A stretch of DNA of 64,000 nt from Auanema rhodensis (GCA_964057225.1 OZ059900.1:8680001-8744000); one strand, 5' to 3'. Shown: positions 10,250 through 25,224, counted from the first letter of the stretch. Notes: generated by a model not told the origin, from the sequence alone. Made by a program: numbers and translations.

Positions 10250-13200
10250 ATCCTGAATTTCAAATCCATATCTCAAAGGGTCTGATCAAAACATACAGTT
10301 TTCACATGTTTTGTACCCAAAATCGTTGAATATATGGCGTTTTGAGCATAAAAAGGCCCATATTTCAATCAGTTTTGATATTCGTGCAAAATACACCTAT
10401 ATGAACATTCTATGACAGTATTTCATACATTTAGTCGTTTTAGAAGAAAAAAATATGCTTAAGATCAAAAGTTTGACTGACTTAGCCAAAATGCCCTTCA
10501 AACCCCAAAAAACCAATAATTCTTGATATTTTCGGTCCTTTTTGACCAAAGTGGTTAAAATTGAACATATATATGTAAAAATAGTAAAAGTTTATGAATC
10601 CTGAATTTAAAATCCATATCTCAAAGGGTCTGATCAAAACATACAGTTTTCACATGTTTTGTACCCAAAATCGTTGAATATATGGCGTTTTGAGCATAAA
10701 AAGGCCCATATTTCAATCAGTTTTGATATTCATGCAAAATACACGTATATGAACATTCTATGACAGTATTTCATACATTTAGTCGTTTTAGAAGAAAAAA
10801 ATATGCTTAAGATCAAAAGTTTGACTGATTTTGCCAAAATGCCCTTCAATCCCCAAAAAACCAATAATTCTTGATATTTTCGGTCCTTTTTGACCAAAGT
10901 GGTCAAAATTGGACATAAATATGTAAAAATAGTCAAAGTTTATGAATCCTGAATTTCAAATCCATATCTCAAAGGGTCTGATCAAAACATACAGTTTTAA
11001 CATGTTTTGTACCCAAAATCGTTGAATATATGGCGTTTTGAGCATAAAAAGGCCCATATTTCAATCAGTTTCGATATTCGTGCAAAATACACCTATATCA
11101 ACATTCTATGAAAGTATTTCATACATTTTGTCGTTTTAGAAGAAAAAAATATGCTTAAGATCAAAAGTTTGACTGATTTTGCCAAAATGCCCTTCAATCC
11201 CCAAAAAACCAATAATTCTTGATATTTTCGGTCCTTTTTGACCAAAGTGGTTAAAATTGGACATAAATATGTAAAAATAGTCAAAGTTCATGAATCCTGA
11301 ATTTCAAATCCATATCTCAAAGGGTCTGATCAAAACATACAGTTTTCACATGTTTTGTACCCAAAATCGTTGAATATATGGCGTTTTGAGCATAAAAAGG
11401 CCCATATTTCAATCAGTTTTGATATTCGTGCAAAATACACCTATATCAACATTCTATGACAGTATTCCATACATTTAGTCGTTTTAGAAGAAAAAAATAT
11501 GCTTAAGATCAAAAGTTTGACTGATTTTGCCAAAATGCCCTTCAATCCCCAAAAAACCAATAATTCTTGATATTTTCGGTCCTTTTTGACCAAAGTGGTT
11601 AAAATTGGACATATATATGTAAAAATAGTCGAAGTTCATGAATCCTGAATTTCAATTCCATATCTCAAAGGGTCTGATCAAAACATACAGTTTTCACATG
11701 TTTTGTACCCAAAATCGTTGAATATATGGCGTTTTGAGCATAAAAAGGCCCATATTTCAATCAGTTTTGATATTCGTGCAAAATACACCTATATGAACAT
11801 TCTATGACAGTATTTCATACATTTAGTCGTTTTAGAAGAAAAAAATATGCTTAAGATCAAAAGTTTGACTGATTTAGCCAAAATGCCCTTCAAACCCCAA
11901 AAAACCAATAATTCTTGATATTTTCGGTCCTTTTTGACCAAAGTTGTTAAAATTGAACATATATATGTGAAAATAGTCAAAGTTTATGAATCCTGAATTT
12001 GAAATCCATTTCTCAAAGGGTCTGATCAAAACATACAGTTTTCACATGTTTTGTACCCAAAATCGTTGAATATATGGCGTTTTGAGCATAAAAAGGCCCA
12101 TATTTCAATCAGTTTTGATATTCGTGCAAAATACACGTATATGAACATTTTATGACAGTATTTCATACATTTAGTCGTTTTAGAAGAAAAAAATATGCTT
12201 AAGATCAAAAGTTTGACTGATTTTGCCAAAATGCCCTTCAATCCCCAAAAAACCAATAATTCTTGATATTTTCGGTCCTTTTTGACCAAAGTGGTCAAAA
12301 TTGGACGTAAATATGTAAAAATAGTCAAAGTTTATGAATCCTGAATTTCAAATCCATATCTCAAAGGGTCTGATCAAAACATACAGTTTTCACATGTTTT
12401 GTACCCAAAATCGTTGAATATATGGCGTTTTGAGCATAAAAAGGCCCATATTTCAATCAGTTTTGATATTCGTGCAAAATACACGTATATGAACATTCTA
12501 TGACAGTATTTCATACATTTAGTCGTTTTAGAAGAAAAAAATATGCTTAAGATCAAAAGTTTGACTGATTTTGCCAAAATGCCCTTCAATCCCCAAAAAA
12601 CCAATAATTCTTGATATTTTCGGTCCTTTTTGACCAAAGTGGTCAAAATTGGACATAAATATGTAAAAATAGTCAAAGTTTATGAATCCTGAATTTCAAA
12701 TCCATATCTCAAAGGGTCTGATCAAAACATACAGTTTTCACATGTTTTGTACCCAAAATCGTTGAATATATGGCGTTTTGAGCATAAAAAGGCCCATATT
12801 TCAATCAGTTTTGATATTCGTGCAAAATACACGTATATGAACATTCTATGACAGTATTTCATACATTTAGTCGTTTTAGAAGAAAAAAATATGCTTAAGA
12901 TCAAAAGTTTGACTGATTTTGCCAAAATGCCCTTCAATCCCCAAAAAACCAATAATTCTTGATATTTTCGGTCCTTTTTGACCAAAGTGGTCAAAATTGG
13001 ACATAAATATGTAAAAATAGTCAAAGTTTATGAATCCTGAATTTCAAATCCATATCTCAAAGGGTCTGATCAAAACATACAGTTTTCACATGTTTTGTAC
13101 CCAAAATCGTTGAATATATGGCGTTTTGAGCATAAAAAGGCCCATATTTCAATCAGTTTCGATATTCGTGCAAAATACACCTATATCAACATTCTATGAC

Positions 13201-16200
13201 AGTATTCCATACATTTAGTCGTTTTAGAAGAAAAAAATATGCTTAAGATCAAAAGTTTGACTGATTTTGCCAAAATGCCCTTCAATCCCCAAAAAACCAA
13301 TAATTCTTGATATTTTCGGTCCTTTTTGACCAAAGTGGTTAAAATTGGACATATATATGTAAAAATAGTCAAAGTTTATGAATCCTGAATTTCAAATCCA
13401 TATCTCAAAGGGTCTGATCAAAACATACAGTTTTCACATGTTTTGTACCCAAAATCGTTGAATATATGGCGTTTTGAGCATAAAAAGGCCCATATTTCAA
13501 TCAGTTTTGATATTCGTGCAAAATACACCTATATGAACATTCTATGACAGTATTTCAAACATTTAGTCGTTTTAGAAGAAAAAAATATGCTTAAGATCAA
13601 AAGTTTGACTGATTTTGCCAAAATGCCCTTCAATCCCCAAAAAACCAATAATTCTTGATATTTTCGGTCCTTTTTGACCAAAGTGGTTAAAATTGAACAT
13701 ATATATGTAAAAATAGTCAAAGTTTATGAATCCTGAATTTCAAATCCATATCTCAAAGGGTCTGATCAAAACATACAGTTTTCACATGTTTTGTACCCAA
13801 AATCGTTGAATAACGTTTTGAGCATAAAAAGGCACATATTTCAATCAGTTTTGATATTCGTGCAAAATACACCTATATGAACATTCTATGACAGTATTTC
13901 ATACATTTAGTCGTTTTAGAAGAAAAAAATATGCTTAAGATCAAAAGTTTGACTGATTTAGCCAAAATGTCCTTCAAACCCCAAAAAACCAATAATTCTT
14001 GATATTTTCGGTCCTTTTTGACCAAAGTGGTTAAAATTGAATATATATATGTGAAAATAGTCAAAGTTTATGAATCCTGAATTTCAAATTCATATCTCAA
14101 AGGGTCTGATCAAAACATACAGTTTTCACATGTTTTGTACCCAAAATCGTTGAATATATGGCGTTTTGAGCATAAAAAGGCCCATATTTCAATCAGTTTT
14201 GATATTCGTGCAAAATACACCTATATCAACATTCTATGACAGTATTCCATACATTTAGTCGTTTTAGAAGAAAAAAATATGCTTAAGATCAAAAGTTTGA
14301 CTGATTTAGCCAAAATGCCCTTCAAACCCCAAAAAACCAATAATTCTTGATATTTTCGGTCCTTTTTGACCAAAGTGGTTAAAATTGAACATATATATGT
14401 AAAAATAGTCAAAGTTTATGAATCCTGAATTTCAAATCCATATCTCAAAGGGTCTGATCAAAACATACAGTTTTCACATGTTTTGTACCCAAAATCGTTG
14501 AATATATGGCGTTTTGAGCATAAAAAGGCCCATATTTCAATCAGTTTTGATATTCGTGCAAAATACACCTATATGAACATTCTATGACAGTATTTCATAC
14601 ATTTAGTCGTTTTAGAAGAAAAAAATATGCTTAAGATCAAAAGTTTGACTGATTTAGCCAAAATGCCCTTCAAACCCCAAAAAACCAATAATTCTTGATA
14701 TTTTCGGTCCTTTTTGACCAAAGTGGTTAAAATTGAACATATATATGTGAAAATAGTCAAAGTTTATGAATCCTGAATTTCAAATCCATATCTCAAAGGG
14801 TCTGATCAAAACATACAGTTTTCACATGTTTTGTACCCAAAATCGTTGAATATATGGCGTTTTGAGCATAAAAAGGCCCATATTTCAATCAGTTTTGATA
14901 TTCGTGCAAAATACACCTACATCAACATTCTATGACAGTATTCCATACATTTAGTCGTTTTAGAAGAAAAAAACATGCTTAAGATCAAAAGTTTGACTGA
15001 TTTAGCCAAAATGCCCTTCAAACCCCAAAAAACCAATAATTCTTGATATTTTCGGTCCTTTTTGACCAAAGTGGTTAAAATTGGACATATATATGTAGAA
15101 ATAGTCGAAGTTTATGAATCCTGAATTTCAAATCCATATCTCAAAGGGTCTGATCAAAACATACAGTTTTCACATGTTTTGTACCCAAAATCGTTGAATA
15201 TATGGCGTTTTGAGCATAAAAAGGCCCATATTTCAATCAGTTTTGATATTCGTGCAAAATACACCTATATGAACATTCTATGACAGTATTTCATACATTT
15301 AGTCGTTTTAGAAGAAAAAAATATGCTTAAGATCAAAAGTTTGACTGACTTAGCCAAAATGCCCTTCAAACCCCAAAAAACCAATAATTCTTGATATTTT
15401 CGGTCCTTTTTGACCAAAGTGGTTAAAATTGAACATATATATGTAAAAATAGTAAAAGTTTATGAATCCTGAATTTAAAATCCATATCTCAAAGGGTCTG
15501 ATCAAAACATACAGTTTTCACATGTTTTGTACCCAAAATCGTTGAATATATGGCGTTTTGAGCATAAAAAGGCCCATATTTCAATCAGTTTTGATATTCA
15601 TGCAAAATACACGTATATGAACATTCTATGACAGTATTTCATACATTTAGTCGTTTTAGAAGAAAAAAATATGCTTAAGATCAAAAGTTTGACTGATTTT
15701 GCCAAAATGCCCTTCAATCCCCAAAAAACCAATAATTCTTGATATTTTCGGTCCTTTTTGACCAAAGTGGTCAAAATTGGACATAAATATGTAAAAATAG
15801 TCAAAGTTTATGAATCCTGAATTTCAAATCCATATCTCAAAGGGTCTGATCAAAACATACAGTTTTAACATGTTTTGTACCCAAAATCGTTGAATATATG
15901 GCGTTTTGAGCATAAAAAGGCCCATATTTCAATCAGTTTCGATATTCGTGCAAAATACACCTATATCAACATTCTATGACAGTATTCCATACATTTAGTC
16001 GTTTTAGAAGAAAAAAATATGCTTAAGATCAAAAGTTTGACTGATTTTGCCAAAATGCCCTTCAATCCCCAAAAAACCAATAATTCTTGATATTTTCGGT
16101 CCTTTTTGACCAAAGTGGTTAAAATTGGACATAAATATGTAAAAATAGTCAAAGTTCATGAATCCTGAATTTCAAATCCATATCTCAAAGGGTCTGATCA

Positions 16201-19200
16201 AAACATACAGTTTTCACATGTTTTGTACCCAAAATCGTTGAATATATGGCGTTTTGAGCATAAAAAGGCCCATATTTCAATCAGTTTCGATATTCGTGCA
16301 AAATACACCTATATCAACATTCTATGACAGTATTCCATACATTTAGTCGTTTTAGAAGAAAAAAATATGCTTAAGATCAAAAGTTTGACTGATTTTGCCA
16401 AAATGCCCTTCAATCCCCAAAAAACCAATAATTCTTGATATTTTCGGTCCTTTTTGACCAAAGTGGTTAAAATTGGACATATATATGTGAAAATAGTCGA
16501 AGTTCATGAATCCTGAATTTCAATTCCATATCTCAAAGGGTCTGATCAAAACATACAGTTTTCACATGTTTTGTACCCAAAATCGTTGAATATATGGCGT
16601 TTTGAGCATAAAAAGGCCCATATTTCAATCAGTTTTGATATTCGTGCAAAATACACCTATATGAACATTCTATGACAGTATTTCATACATTTAGTCGTTT
16701 TAGAAGAGAAAAATATGCTTAAGATCAAAAGTTTGACTGATTTAGCCAAAATGCCCTTCAAACCCCAAAAAACCAATAATTCTTGATATTTTCGGTCCTT
16801 TTTGACCAAAGTTGTTAAAATTGAACATATATATGTGAAAATAGTCAAAGTTTATGAATCCTGAATTTGAAATCCATATCTCAAAGGGTCTGATCAAAAC
16901 ATACAGTTTTCACATGTTTTGTACCCAAAATCGTTGAATATATGGCGTTTTGAGCATAAAAAGGCCCATATTTCAATCAGTTTTGATATTCGTGCAAAAT
17001 ACACGTATATGAACATTTTATGACAGTATTTCATACATTTAGTCGTTTTAGAAGAAAAAAATATGCTTAAGATCAAAAGTTTGACTGATTTTGCCAAAAT
17101 GCCCTTCAATCCCCAAAAAACCAATAATTCTTGATATTTTCGGTCCTTTTTGACCAAAGTGGTCAAAATTGGACGTAAATATGTAAAAATAGTCAAAGTT
17201 TATGAATCCTGAATTTCAAATCCATATCTCAAAGGGTCTGATCAAAACATACAGTTTTCACATGTTTTGTACCCAAAATCGTTGAATATATGGCGTTTTG
17301 AGCATAAAAAGGCCCATATTTCAATCAGTTTTGATATTCGTGCAAAATACACGTATATGAACATTCTATGACAGTATTTCATACATTTAGTCGTTTTAGA
17401 AGAAAAAAATATGCTTAAGATCAAAAGTTTGACTGATTTTGCCAAAATGCCCTTCAATCCCCAAAAAACCAATAATTCTTGATATTTTCGGTCCTTTTTG
17501 ACCAAAGTGGTCAAAATTGGACATAAATATGTAAAAATAGTCAAAGTTTATGAATCCTGAATTTCAAATCCATATCTCAAAGGGTCTGATCAAAACATAC
17601 AGTTTTCACATGTTTTGTACCCAAAATCGTTGAATATATGGCGTTTTGAGCATAAAAAGGCCCATATTTCAATCAGTTTTGATATTCGTGCAAAATACAC
17701 GTATATGAACATTCTATGACAGTATTTCATACATTTAGTCGTTTTAGAAGAAAAAAATATGCTTAAGATCAAAAGTTTGACTGATTTTGCCAAAATGCCC
17801 TTCAATCCCCAAAAAACCAATAATTCTTGATATTTTCGGTCCTTTTTGACCAAAGTGGTCAAAATTGGACATAAATATGTAAAAATAGTCAAAGTTTATG
17901 AATCCTGAATTTCAAATCCATATCTCAAAGGGTCTGATCAAAACATACAGTTTTCACATGTTTTGTACCCAAAATCGTTGAATATATGGCGTTTTGAGCA
18001 TAAAAAGGCCCATATTTCAATCAGTTTCGATATTCGTGCAAAATACACCTATATCAACATTCTATGACAGTATTCCATACATTTAGTCGTTTTAGAAGAA
18101 AAAAATATGCTTAAGATCAAAAGTTTGACTGATTTTGCCAAAATGCCCTTCAATCCCCAAAAAACCAATAATTCTTGATATTTTCGGTCCTTTTTGACCA
18201 AAGTGGTTAAAATTGGACATATATATGTAAAAATAGTCAAAGTTTATGAATCCTGAATTTCAAATCCATATCTCAAAGGGTCTGATCAAAACATACAGTT
18301 TTCACATGTTTTGTACCCAAAATCGTTGAATATATGGCGTTTTGAGCATAAAAAGGCCCATATTTCAATCAGTTTTGATATTCGTGCAAAATACACCTAT
18401 ATGAACATTCTATGACAGTATTTCAAACATTTAGTCGTTTTAGAAGAAAAAAATATGCTTAAGATCAAAAGTTTGACTGATTTTGCCAAAATGCCCTTCA
18501 ATCCCCAAAAAACCAATAATTCTTGATATTTTCGGTCCTTTTTGACCAAAGTGGTTAAAATTGAACATATATATGTAAAAATAGTCAAAGTTTATGAATC
18601 CTGAATTTCAAATCCATATCTCAAAGGGTCTGATCAAAACATACAGTTTTCACATGTTTTGTACCCAAAATCGTTGAATAACGTTTTGAGCATAAAAAGG
18701 CACATATTTCAATCAGTTTTGATATTCGTGCAAAATACACCTATATGAACATTCTATGACAGTATTTCATACATTTAGTCGTTTTAGAAGAAAAAAATAT
18801 GCTTAAGATCAAAAGTTTGACTGATTTAGCCAAAATGTCCTTCAAACCCCAAAAAACCAATAATTCTTGATATTTTCGGTCCTTTTTGACCAAAGTGGTT
18901 AAAATTGAATATATATATGTGAAAATAGTCAAAGTTTATGAATCCTGAATTTCAAATTCATATCTCAAAGGGTCTGATCAAAACATACAGTTTTCACATG
19001 TTTTGTACCCAAAATCGTTGAATATATGGCGTTTTGAGCATAAAAAGGCCCATATTTCAATCAGTTTTGATATTCGTGCAAAATACACCTATATCAACAT
19101 TCTATGACAGTATTCCATACATTTAGTCGTTTTAGAAGAAAAAAATATGCTTAAGATCAAAAGTTTGACTGATTTAGCCAAAATGCCCTTCAAACCCCAA

Positions 19201-19436
19201 AAAACCAATAATTCTTGATATTTTCGGTCCTTTTTGACCAAAGTGGTTAAAATTGAACATATATATGTAAAAATAGTCAAAGTTTATGAATCCTGAATTT
19301 CAAATCCATATCTCAAAGGGTCTGATCAAAACATACAGTTTTCACATGTTTTGTACCCAAAATCGTTGAATATATGGCGTTTTGAGCATAAAAAGGCCCA
19401 TATTTCAATCAGTTTTGATATTCGTGCAAAATACAC
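10250..19436. repeat. Higher-order duplication: about 10250-14568 repeated at about 15118-19436 (offset 4868 bp = 14 monomers minus 4 bp)
   Basis: Both copies carry the net 4-bp deletion TTGAATAACGTTTT (about 13812 and 18680), AAAGTTGTT, GGACGTAAAT and TTTCAAAC. ORFs map 10730 to 15598, 12026 to 16894 and 14221 to 19089. Confidence 0.93.
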
Positions 19437-20219
19437 GTATATGAACATTCTATGACAGTATTTCATACATTTAGTCGTTTTAGAAGAAAAAAATATGCTT
19501 AAGATCAAAAGTTTGACTGATTTTGCCAAAATGCCCTTCAATCCCCAAAAAACCAATAATTCTTGATATTTTCGGTCCTTTTTGACCAAAGTGGTCAAAA
19601 TTGGACATAAATATGTAAAAATAGTCAAAGTTTATGAATCCTGAATTTCAAATCCATATCTCAAAGGGTCTGATCAAAACATACAGTTTTCACATGTTTT
19701 GTACCCAAAATCGTTGAATATATGGCGTTTTGAGCATAAAAAGGCCCATATTTCAATCAGTTTCGATATTCGTGCAAAATACACCTATATCAACATTCTA
19801 TGACAGTATTCCATACATTTAGTCGTTTTAGAAGAAAAAAATATGCTTAAGATCAAAAGTTTGACTGATTTTGCCAAAATGCCCTTCAATCCCCAAAAAA
19901 CCAATAATTCTTGATATTTTCGGTCCTTTTTGACCAAAGTGGTTAAAATTGGACATATATATGTAAAAATAGTCAAAGTTTATGAATCCTGAATTTCAAA
20001 TCCATATCTCAAAGGGTCTGATCAAAACATACAGTTTTCACATGTTTTGTACCCAAAATCGTTGAATATATGGCGTTTTGAGCATAAAAAGGCCCATATT
20101 TCAATCAGTTTTGATATTCGTGCAAAATACACCTATATGAACATTCTATGACAGTATTTCAAACATTTAGTCGTTTTAGAAGAAAAAAATATGCTTAAGA
20201 TCAAAAGTTTGACTGATTT

Positions 20220-23200
20220 AGCCAAAATGCCCTTCAAACCCCAAAAAACCAATAATTCTTGATATTTTCGGTCCTTTTTGACCAAAGTGGTTAGAATTGG
20301 ACATATATATGTAGAAATAGTCGAAGTTTATGAATCCTGAATTTCAAATGCATATCTCAAAGGGTCTGATCAAAACATACCGTTTTCACATGTTTTGTAC
20401 CCAAAATCGTTGAATATATGGCGTTTTGAGCATAAAAAGGCCCATATTTCAATCAGTTTTGATATTCGTGCAAAATACACCTATATGAACATTCTTTGAC
20501 AGTATTTCGTACATTTAGTCGTTTTAGAAGAAAAAAATATGCTTAAGATCAAAAGTTTGACTGATTTTGCCAAAATGCCCTTCAAACCCCAAAAAACCAA
20601 TAATTCTTGATATTTTCGGTCCTTTTTGACCAAAGTGGTTAAAATTGGACATATATATGTGAAAATAGTCGAAGTTTATGAATCCTGAATTTCAAATCCA
20701 TATCTCAAAGGGTCTGATCAAAACATACAGTTTTCACATGTTTTGTACCCAAAATCGTTGAATATATGGCGTTTTGAGCATAAAAAGGCACATATTTCAA
20801 TCAGTTTTGATATTCGTGCAAAATACACCTATATGAACATTCTATGACAGTATTTCATACATTTAGTCGTTTTAGAAGAAAAAAATATGCTTAAGATCAA
20901 AAGTTTGACTGATTTAGCCAAAATGTCCTTCAAACCCCAAAAAACCAATAATTCTTGATATTTTCGGTCCTTTTTGACCAAAGTGGTTAAAATTGAACAT
21001 ATATATGTGAAAATAGTCAAAGTTTATGAATCCTGAATTTCAAATTCATATCTCAAAGGGTCTGATCAAAACATACAGTTTTCACATGTTTTGTACCCAA
21101 AATCGTTGAATATATGGCGTTTTGAGCATAAAAAGGCCCATATTTCAATCAGTTTTGATATTCGTGCAAAATACACCTATATCAACATTCTATGACAGTA
21201 TTCCATACATTTAGTCGTTTTAGAAGAAAAAAATATGCTTAAGATCAAAAGTTTGACTGATTTAGCCAAAATGCCCTTCAAACCCCAAAAAACCAATAAT
21301 TCTTGATATTTTCGGTCCTTTTTGACCAAAGTGGTTAAAATTGAACATATATATGTAAAAATAGTCAAAGTTTATGAATCCTGAATTTCAAATCCATATC
21401 TCAAAGGGTCTGATCAAAACATACAGTTTTCACATGTTTTGTACCCAAAATCGTTGAATATATGGCGTTTTGAGCATAAAAAGGCCCATATTTCAATCAG
21501 TTTTGATATTCGTGCAAAATACACCTATATGAACATTCTATGACAGTATTCCATACATTTAGTCGTTTTAGAAGAAAAAAATATGCTTAAGATCAAAAGT
21601 TTGACTGATTTAGCCAAAATGCCCTTCAAACCCCAAAAAACCAATAATTCTTGATATTTTCGGTCCTTTTTGACCAAAGTGGTTAAAATTGAACATATAT
21701 ATGTAAAAATAGTCAAAGTTTATGAATCCTGAATTTCAAATCCATATCTCAAAGGGTCTGATCAAAACATACAGTTTTCACATGTTTTGTACCCAAAATC
21801 GTTGAATATATGGCGTTTTGAGCATAAAAAGGCCCATATTTCAATCAGTTTTGATATTCGTGCAAAATACACCTATATGAACATTCTATGACAGTATTTC
21901 ATACATTTAGTCGTTTTAGAAGAAAAAAATATGCTTAAGATCAAAAGTTTGACTGATTTAGCCAAAATGCCCTTCAAACCCCAAAAAACCAATAATTCTT
22001 GATATTTTCGGTCCTTTTTGACCAAAGTGGTTAAAATTGAACATATATATGTGAAAATAGTCAAAGTTTATGAATCCTGAATTTCAAATCCATATCTCAA
22101 AGGGTCTGATCAAAACATACAGTTTTCACATGTTTTGTACCCAAAATCGTTGAATATATGGCGTTTTGAGCATAAAAAGGCCCATATTTCAATCAGTTTT
22201 GATATTCGTGCAAAATACACTTATATCAACATTCTATGACAGTATTCCATACATTTAGTCGTTTTAGAAGAAAAAAATATGCTTAAGATCAAAAGTTTGA
22301 CTGATTTAGCCAAAATGCCCTTCAAACCCCAAAAAACCAATAATTCTTGATATTTTCGGTCCTTTTTGACCAAAGTGGTTAGAATTGGACATATATATGT
22401 AGAAATAGTCGAAGTTTATGAATCCTGAATTTCAAATGCATATCTCAAAGGGTCTGATCAAAACATACAGTTTTCACATGTTTTGTACCCAAAATCGTTG
22501 AATATATGGCGTTTTGAGCATAAAAAGGCCCATATTTCAATCAGTTTTGATATTCGTGCAAAATACACCTATATGAACATTCTTTGACAGTATTTCGTAC
22601 ATTTAGTCGTTTTAGAAGAAAAAAATATGCTTAAGATCAAAAGTTTGACTGATTTTGCCAAAATGCCCTTCAAACCCCAAAAAACCAATAATTCTTGATA
22701 TTTTCGGTCCTTTTTGACCAAAGTGGTTAAAATTGGACATATATATGTGAAAATAGTCGAAGTTTATGAATCCTGAATTTCAAATCCATATCTCAAAGGG
22801 TCTGATCAAAACATACAGTTTTCACATGTTTTGTACCCAAAATCGTTGAATATATGGCGTTTTGAGCATAAAAAGGCACATATTTCAATCAGTTTTGATA
22901 TTCGTGCAAAATACACCTATATGAACATTCTATGACAGTATTTCATACATTTAGTCGTTTTAGAAGAAAAAAATATGCTTAAGATCAAAAGTTTGACTGA
23001 TTTAGCCAAAATGTCCTTCAAACCCCAAAAAACCAATAATTCTTGATATTTTCGGTCCTTTTTGACCAAAGTGGTTAAAATTGAACATATATATGTGAAA
23101 ATAGTCAAAGTTTATGAATCCTGAATTTCAAATTCATATCTCAAAGGGTCTGATCAAAACATACAGTTTTCACATGTTTTGTACCCAAAATCGTTGAATA

Positions 23201-23550
23201 TATGGCGTTTTGAGCATAAAAAGGCCCATATTTCAATCAGTTTTGATATTCGTGCAAAATACACCTATATCAACATTCTATGACAGTATTCCATACATTT
23301 AGTCGTTTTAGAAGAAAAAAATATGCTTAAGATCAAAAGTTTGACTGATTTAGCCAAAATGCCCTTCAAACCCCAAAAAACCAATAATTCTTGATATTTT
23401 CGGTCCTTTTTGACCAAAGTGGTTAAAATTGAACATATATATGTAAAAATAGTCAAAGTTTATGAATCCTGAATTTCAAATCCATATCTCAAAGGGTCTG
23501 ATCAAAACATACAGTTTTCACATGTTTTGTACCCAAAATCGTTGAATATA
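20220..23550. repeat. 6-monomer higher-order duplication (offset 2088 bp)
   Basis: AAATGCATAT at about 20350/22438, ATTCTTTGAC...TTTCGTAC at about 20496/22584, GGCACATAT at about 20790/22878. ORFs map 20829 to 22917 and 21177 to 23265. Confidence 0.85.
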
Positions 23551-25224
23551 AGGCGTTTTGAGCATAAAAAGGCCCATATTTCAATCAGTTTTGATATTCG
23601 TGCAAAATACACCTATATGAACATTCTATGACAGTATTTCATACATTTAGTCGTTTTAGAAGAAAAAAATATGCTTAAGATCAAAAGTTTGACTGATTTT
23701 GCCAAAATGCCCTTCAAACCCCAAAAAACCAATAATTCTTGATATTTTCGGTCCTTTTTGACCAAAGTGGTTAAAATTGAACATATATATGTGAAAATAG
23801 TCAAAGTTTATGAATCCTGAATTTCAAATCCATATCTCAAAAGGTCTGATCAAAACATACAGTTTTCACATGTTTTGTACCCAAAATCGTTGAATATATG
23901 GCGTTTTGAGCATAAAAAGGCCCATATTTCAATCAGTTTTGATATTCGTGCAAAATACACCTATATGAACATTCTTTGACAGTATTCCATACATTTAGTC
24001 GTTTTAGAAGAAAAAAATATGCTTAAGATCAAAAGTTTGACTGATTTTGCCAAAATGCCCTTCAAACCCCAAAAAACCAATAATTCTTGATATTTTCGGT
24101 CCTTTTTGACCAAAGTGGTTAAAATTGGACATATATATGTGAAAATAGTCGAAGTTTATGAATCCTGAATTTCAAATCCATATCTCAAAGGGTCTGATCA
24201 AAACATACAGTTTTCACATGTTTTGTACCCAAAATCGTTGAATATATGGCGTTTTGAGCATAAAAAGGCCCATATTTCAATCAGTTTTGATATTCGTGCA
24301 AAATACACCTATATGAACATTCTATGACAGTATTTCATACATTTAGTCGTTTTAGAAAAAAAAAATATGCTTAAGATCAAAAGTTTGACTGATTTTGCCA
24401 AAATGCCCTTCAAACCCCAAAAAACCAATAAATCTTGATATTTTCGGTCCTTTTTGACCAAAGTGGTTAAAATTGAACATATATATGTAAAAATAGTCAA
24501 AGTTTATGAATCCTGAATTTCAAATCCATATCTCAAAGGGTCTGATCAAAACATACAGTTTTCATATGTTTTGTACCCAAAATCGTTGAATATATGGCGT
24601 TTTGAGCATAAAAAGGCCCATATTTCAATCAGTTTTGATATTCGTGCAAAATACACCTAAATGAACATTCTATGACAGTATTTCATACATTTAGTCGTTT
24701 TAGAAGAAAAAAATATGCTTAAGATCAAAAGTTTGACTGATTTAGCCAAAATGCCCTTCAAACCCCAAAAAACTAATAATTCTTGATATTTTCGGTCCTT
24801 TTCGACCAAAGTGGTTAGAATTGGACATATATATGTAGAAATAGTCGAAGTTTATGAATCCTGAATTTCAAATCCATATCTCAAAGGGTCTGATCAAAAC
24901 ATACAGTTTTCACATGTTTTGTACCCAAAATCGTTGAATATATGGCGTTTTGAGCATAAAAAGGCCCATATTTCAATCAGTTTTGATATTCGTGCAAAAT
25001 ACACCTATATGAACATTCTTTGACAGTATTTCATACATTTAGTCGTTTTAGAAGAAAAAAATATGCTTAAGATCAAAAGTTTGACTGATTTTGCCAAAAT
25101 GCCCTTCAAACCCCAAAAAACCAATAATTCTTGATATTTTCGGTCCTTTTTGACCAAAGTGGTTAGAATTGGACATATATATGTAGAAATAGTCGAAGTT
25201 TATGAATCCTGAATTTCAAATGCA

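Larger units (their letters stand above)
1..11870. repeat. Higher-order duplication: about 1-3170 repeated at about 8701-11870 (offset 8700 bp = 25 monomers)
   Basis: Rare variants are shared at exactly +8700: G239/8939, C321/9021 and the TGAAAGTATTTCATACATTTTG variant near 2412/11112. One mismatch was noticed (C2720 vs T11420). The ORF pattern 219-2584 is repeated at 8919-11284. Confidence 0.93.
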
